In this document: positions 62,443 through 64,000 of the stretch, in pieces | How positions within the stretch are numbered: the first letter of the stretch is position 1 | Layout of the letters: the number at the start of each line of letters is the position of its first letter | Assembly: GCA_963790805.1 (NCBI GenBank) | Contig: CAWBPL010000002.1 | Span: forward strand, 256,696 to 320,695 | Reading direction: 5' to 3' | DNA from: Candidatus Gottesmanbacteria bacterium | GTDB taxonomy: Bacteria > Patescibacteriota > Microgenomatia > UBA10105 > UBA927 | Length of the DNA stretch: 64,000 nt | Program-made: the position numbers and the translations under genes | The notes under the pieces: model-generated | The model's database searches: none | Told to the model about the DNA's origin: nothing | Seen by the model: the letters and a program-made list of their open reading frames with translations, nothing else

Positions 62443-63420
62443 TCAGTTTCCTTTAAAATTTTTAAGCATTTTCAATGCACGGTAGGTAATCCATTTGTTC
62501 GGTTTACCTTTCTCACCATAATTTCCCCATGTTTTGCCAGCGTAATCATATTCCAAATGCCAACGACCTTCTGTATCCTGTTTGCTGTTTATGTATTCGA
62601 GAGTATTTTTCAGTCGAGGATCACCTCCATATCCGGCGGATACTAATGCTTCGGCAACTTGAAGTATGTCTGTGATGTAATATACGGGAAATCCGAATTT
62701 CCACCAATCCTTGCTTGGCTTTGAATTCGTTCTCGTTGGATAATCAGCCTTTACGGGATCGGTGCTCAGAAGAAATTCTGCCCCGGCCTTTATCGCTTTT
62801 TTAATAACTGGTGTCCTTTTATTTTCCGGTAATGTACCAAATGCCAGCAGCACCTTAACCGCTCCCCATGCACAGGGTTTTTTCCCGTTGGCACCGCAGG
62901 CGAAATTCGGGCCGCACGTATAGGCATAATATTTTATTCCATCGCCGAGGACGCTTTGCGCCATCCACGTATATGATTGTTCAAGACGAGCATCGCTACA
63001 TCCAAGCAACGTCAACGCTGCACACATGTTCCCTTCTAAACAGTTGACGGTACCCGACGGTACGCCGTTTATGGATAACGAGTGGTCTTTCGTAAAAGCA
63101 TAGTTTAAGTAATATTCACAAGCCCGACTAATCTGCGGATCGTCACCTACAGATGCTCCGAGTTGGGAAAGATGAATAAGCGACCAAACTGCAGACGTGT
63201 ATTTTGGATTATATCCGGCACCCGGTTTCACCCAGTATCCTTCCGGATTCATATGTTGAAGCACTTGGCCTATCTGCCCGTACGTATATGCTTCTTTTTT
63301 TGCTTTTAATAATTCTGGATTCTGGGATGGTAATCCAACTAAATCGCGAAGTGCTAGATACCGTACTCCGGCATCATGTGTTTCCAATAGCCACGGAAGT
63401 GAAGAAAATATGTTTCTCAT
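62443..63420 (-). CDS. alpha/alpha-toroid protein (prenyltransferase/squalene-cyclase-repeat-like), unknown function
   Basis: Recurring aromatic/Gly-rich helical hairpins (EGYW, DGIKYYAY, GRWHLEY) and a C-terminal KPNKWITYRALKML. The fold assignment is tentative. Confidence 0.4.
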   Translation of the reverse strand: MRNIFSSLPWLLETHDAGVRYLALRDLVGLPSQNPELLKAKKEAYTYGQIGQVLQHMNPEGYWVKPGAGYNPKYTSAVWSLIHLSQLGASVGDDPQISRACEYYLNYAFTKDHSLSINGVPSGTVNCLEGNMCAALTLLGCSDARLEQSYTWMAQSVLGDGIKYYAYTCGPNFACGANGKKPCAWGAVKVLLAFGTLPENKRTPVIKKAIKAGAEFLLSTDPVKADYPTRTNSKPSKDWWKFGFPVYYITDILQVAEALVSAGYGGDPRLKNTLEYINSKQDTEGRWHLEYDYAGKTWGNYGEKGKPNKWITYRALKMLKNFKGN

Positions 63421-63516
63421 AGCTTGCTTATTTTGAGACTACCCTATTCTCACCTCCGTATCAACACAGTAACCCAAGGTCTTAACCCAAACAGGAGACG
63501 CAAGGATGTCAGGGAT

Positions 63517-64000
63517 TTAATGCAGAACAACATTCTGAGGTTTTCCTTCGACAAACGCCTGTATATTCATCAATGTTACCTCGATACGCCTCGTGAGCGC
63601 CTCCCGTGTTTTATATGCTATATGAGGAGTGAGAATACTATTGGGCGCTTTCAACAGTGGATTGTCGTGTGATATCGGTTCCTGATCAAATACGTCAACT
63701 GCCGCTCCCGCTATTTTCCCTTGTGTTAAAGCTTCGGCAAGATCGCGGGTATTGACGATTGGACCCCTTGCAACGTTCATGAAATATGCAGTCCTTTTCA
63801 TTTTTGCAAGCAAGGTGCCGTTAATCATTTCTTTTGTGTTCACGTTCAAAGGCAAGTGAATCGTTACTATATCTGCTTCTTTGAACACTGTTTCAATTTC
63901 GTTTTTATAAATCCCCCCTAATCGGATAAATTCCGGTCTTTGTGAATGAGACCACCCGATGAGATGACAGTGAAATGCCGTAAAAAGCTCTGCCACACGG
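63517..64000 (-). CDS. D-isomer-specific 2-hydroxyacid dehydrogenase (C-terminal part; N-terminus beyond window)
   Basis: IVTIHLPLN..T..MI, FMNVARGPIV, AAVDVFDQEP, ILTPHIAY. The frame stays open to nt 64000, so the GTG at 63996 is not the real start. Confidence 0.8.
   Translation of the reverse strand, partial: RVAELFTAFHCHLIGWSHSQRPEFIRLGGIYKNEIETVFKEADIVTIHLPLNVNTKEMINGTLLAKMKRTAYFMNVARGPIVNTRDLAEALTQGKIAGAAVDVFDQEPISHDNPLLKAPNSILTPHIAYKTREALTRRIEVTLMNIQAFVEGKPQNVVLH

Noticed and set aside
63424-63672. 82-aa plus-strand ORF at the start of the final gene region.
   Set aside because: It is antisense to the 3' end of the 2-hydroxyacid dehydrogenase gene, which has unambiguous family motifs.
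1-64000. Search for mobile elements, prophage genes, toxin-antitoxin pairs, restriction-modification or other recognisable defence systems, and for tRNA/rRNA genes.
   Set aside because: None of the ORF translations shows transposase, integrase, recombinase, nuclease-methylase, capsid/terminase or classic TA motifs. No gap above 70 nt shows a tRNA cloverleaf (GTTCRANNC T-loop with a matching acceptor stem).

Overview
This 64-kb window is a tightly packed chromosomal segment. By eye it is roughly 90% coding, and most gaps are under 100 bp. I found no rRNA, tRNA, CRISPR array, transposase or integrase.

Gene content suggests a reduced-genome, outer-membrane-less bacterium of the Patescibacteria/CPR type; this is inference from gene content only. 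The evidence is purine salvage rather than de novo synthesis, GapN plus transaldolase, a secretin-less type IV pilus operon, a sortase with surface proteins, GH130 glycosidase-related genes and many small membrane orphans.

Main blocks:
- 2.7-10.4 kb: purine salvage island with a kinase, two phosphoribosyltransferases, guaA, guaB, PNP and purA.
- 10.4-13.3 kb: sodA, PP2C phosphatase and gapN.
- 13.4-18.3 kb: two tandem class A PBPs.
- 19.9-27.7 kb: type IV pilus operon (pilB, pilC, five pilin-like genes including an 813-aa pilin-anchored putative beta-propeller, and a separately promoted major pilin).
- 28-33 kb: HxlR/LUD pair, a divergent PLP enzyme and two GH130 genes.
- 35.5-37.7 kb: non-canonical NRAMP transporter, a small membrane protein and a DtxR/MntR regulator.
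- 43.7-45.5 kb: DUF3494 surface protein with an MPNTG sorting signal next to a sortase.
- 45.5-64 kb: assorted RNA/DNA-repair, central-metabolism, detoxification and ABC-export genes.

I cannot name one definitive new system. The best candidates for novelty are:
- the giant pilin-anchored LVIVD-like protein and the orphan tail-anchored protein in the pilus operon;
- a window-wide leaderless promoter architecture, with the -10 box 5-9 nt from the ATG at about 17 genes, including a mirror-symmetric bidirectional promoter in a 54-bp gap;
- the NRAMP homologue with altered metal-site residues;
- an unannotated 35-aa zinc-ribbon ORF coupled by an ATGA overlap to a TfoX-N gene;
- a 452-bp low-information gap inside the purine cluster.

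All family calls come from motif recognition by eye. No database search was run.
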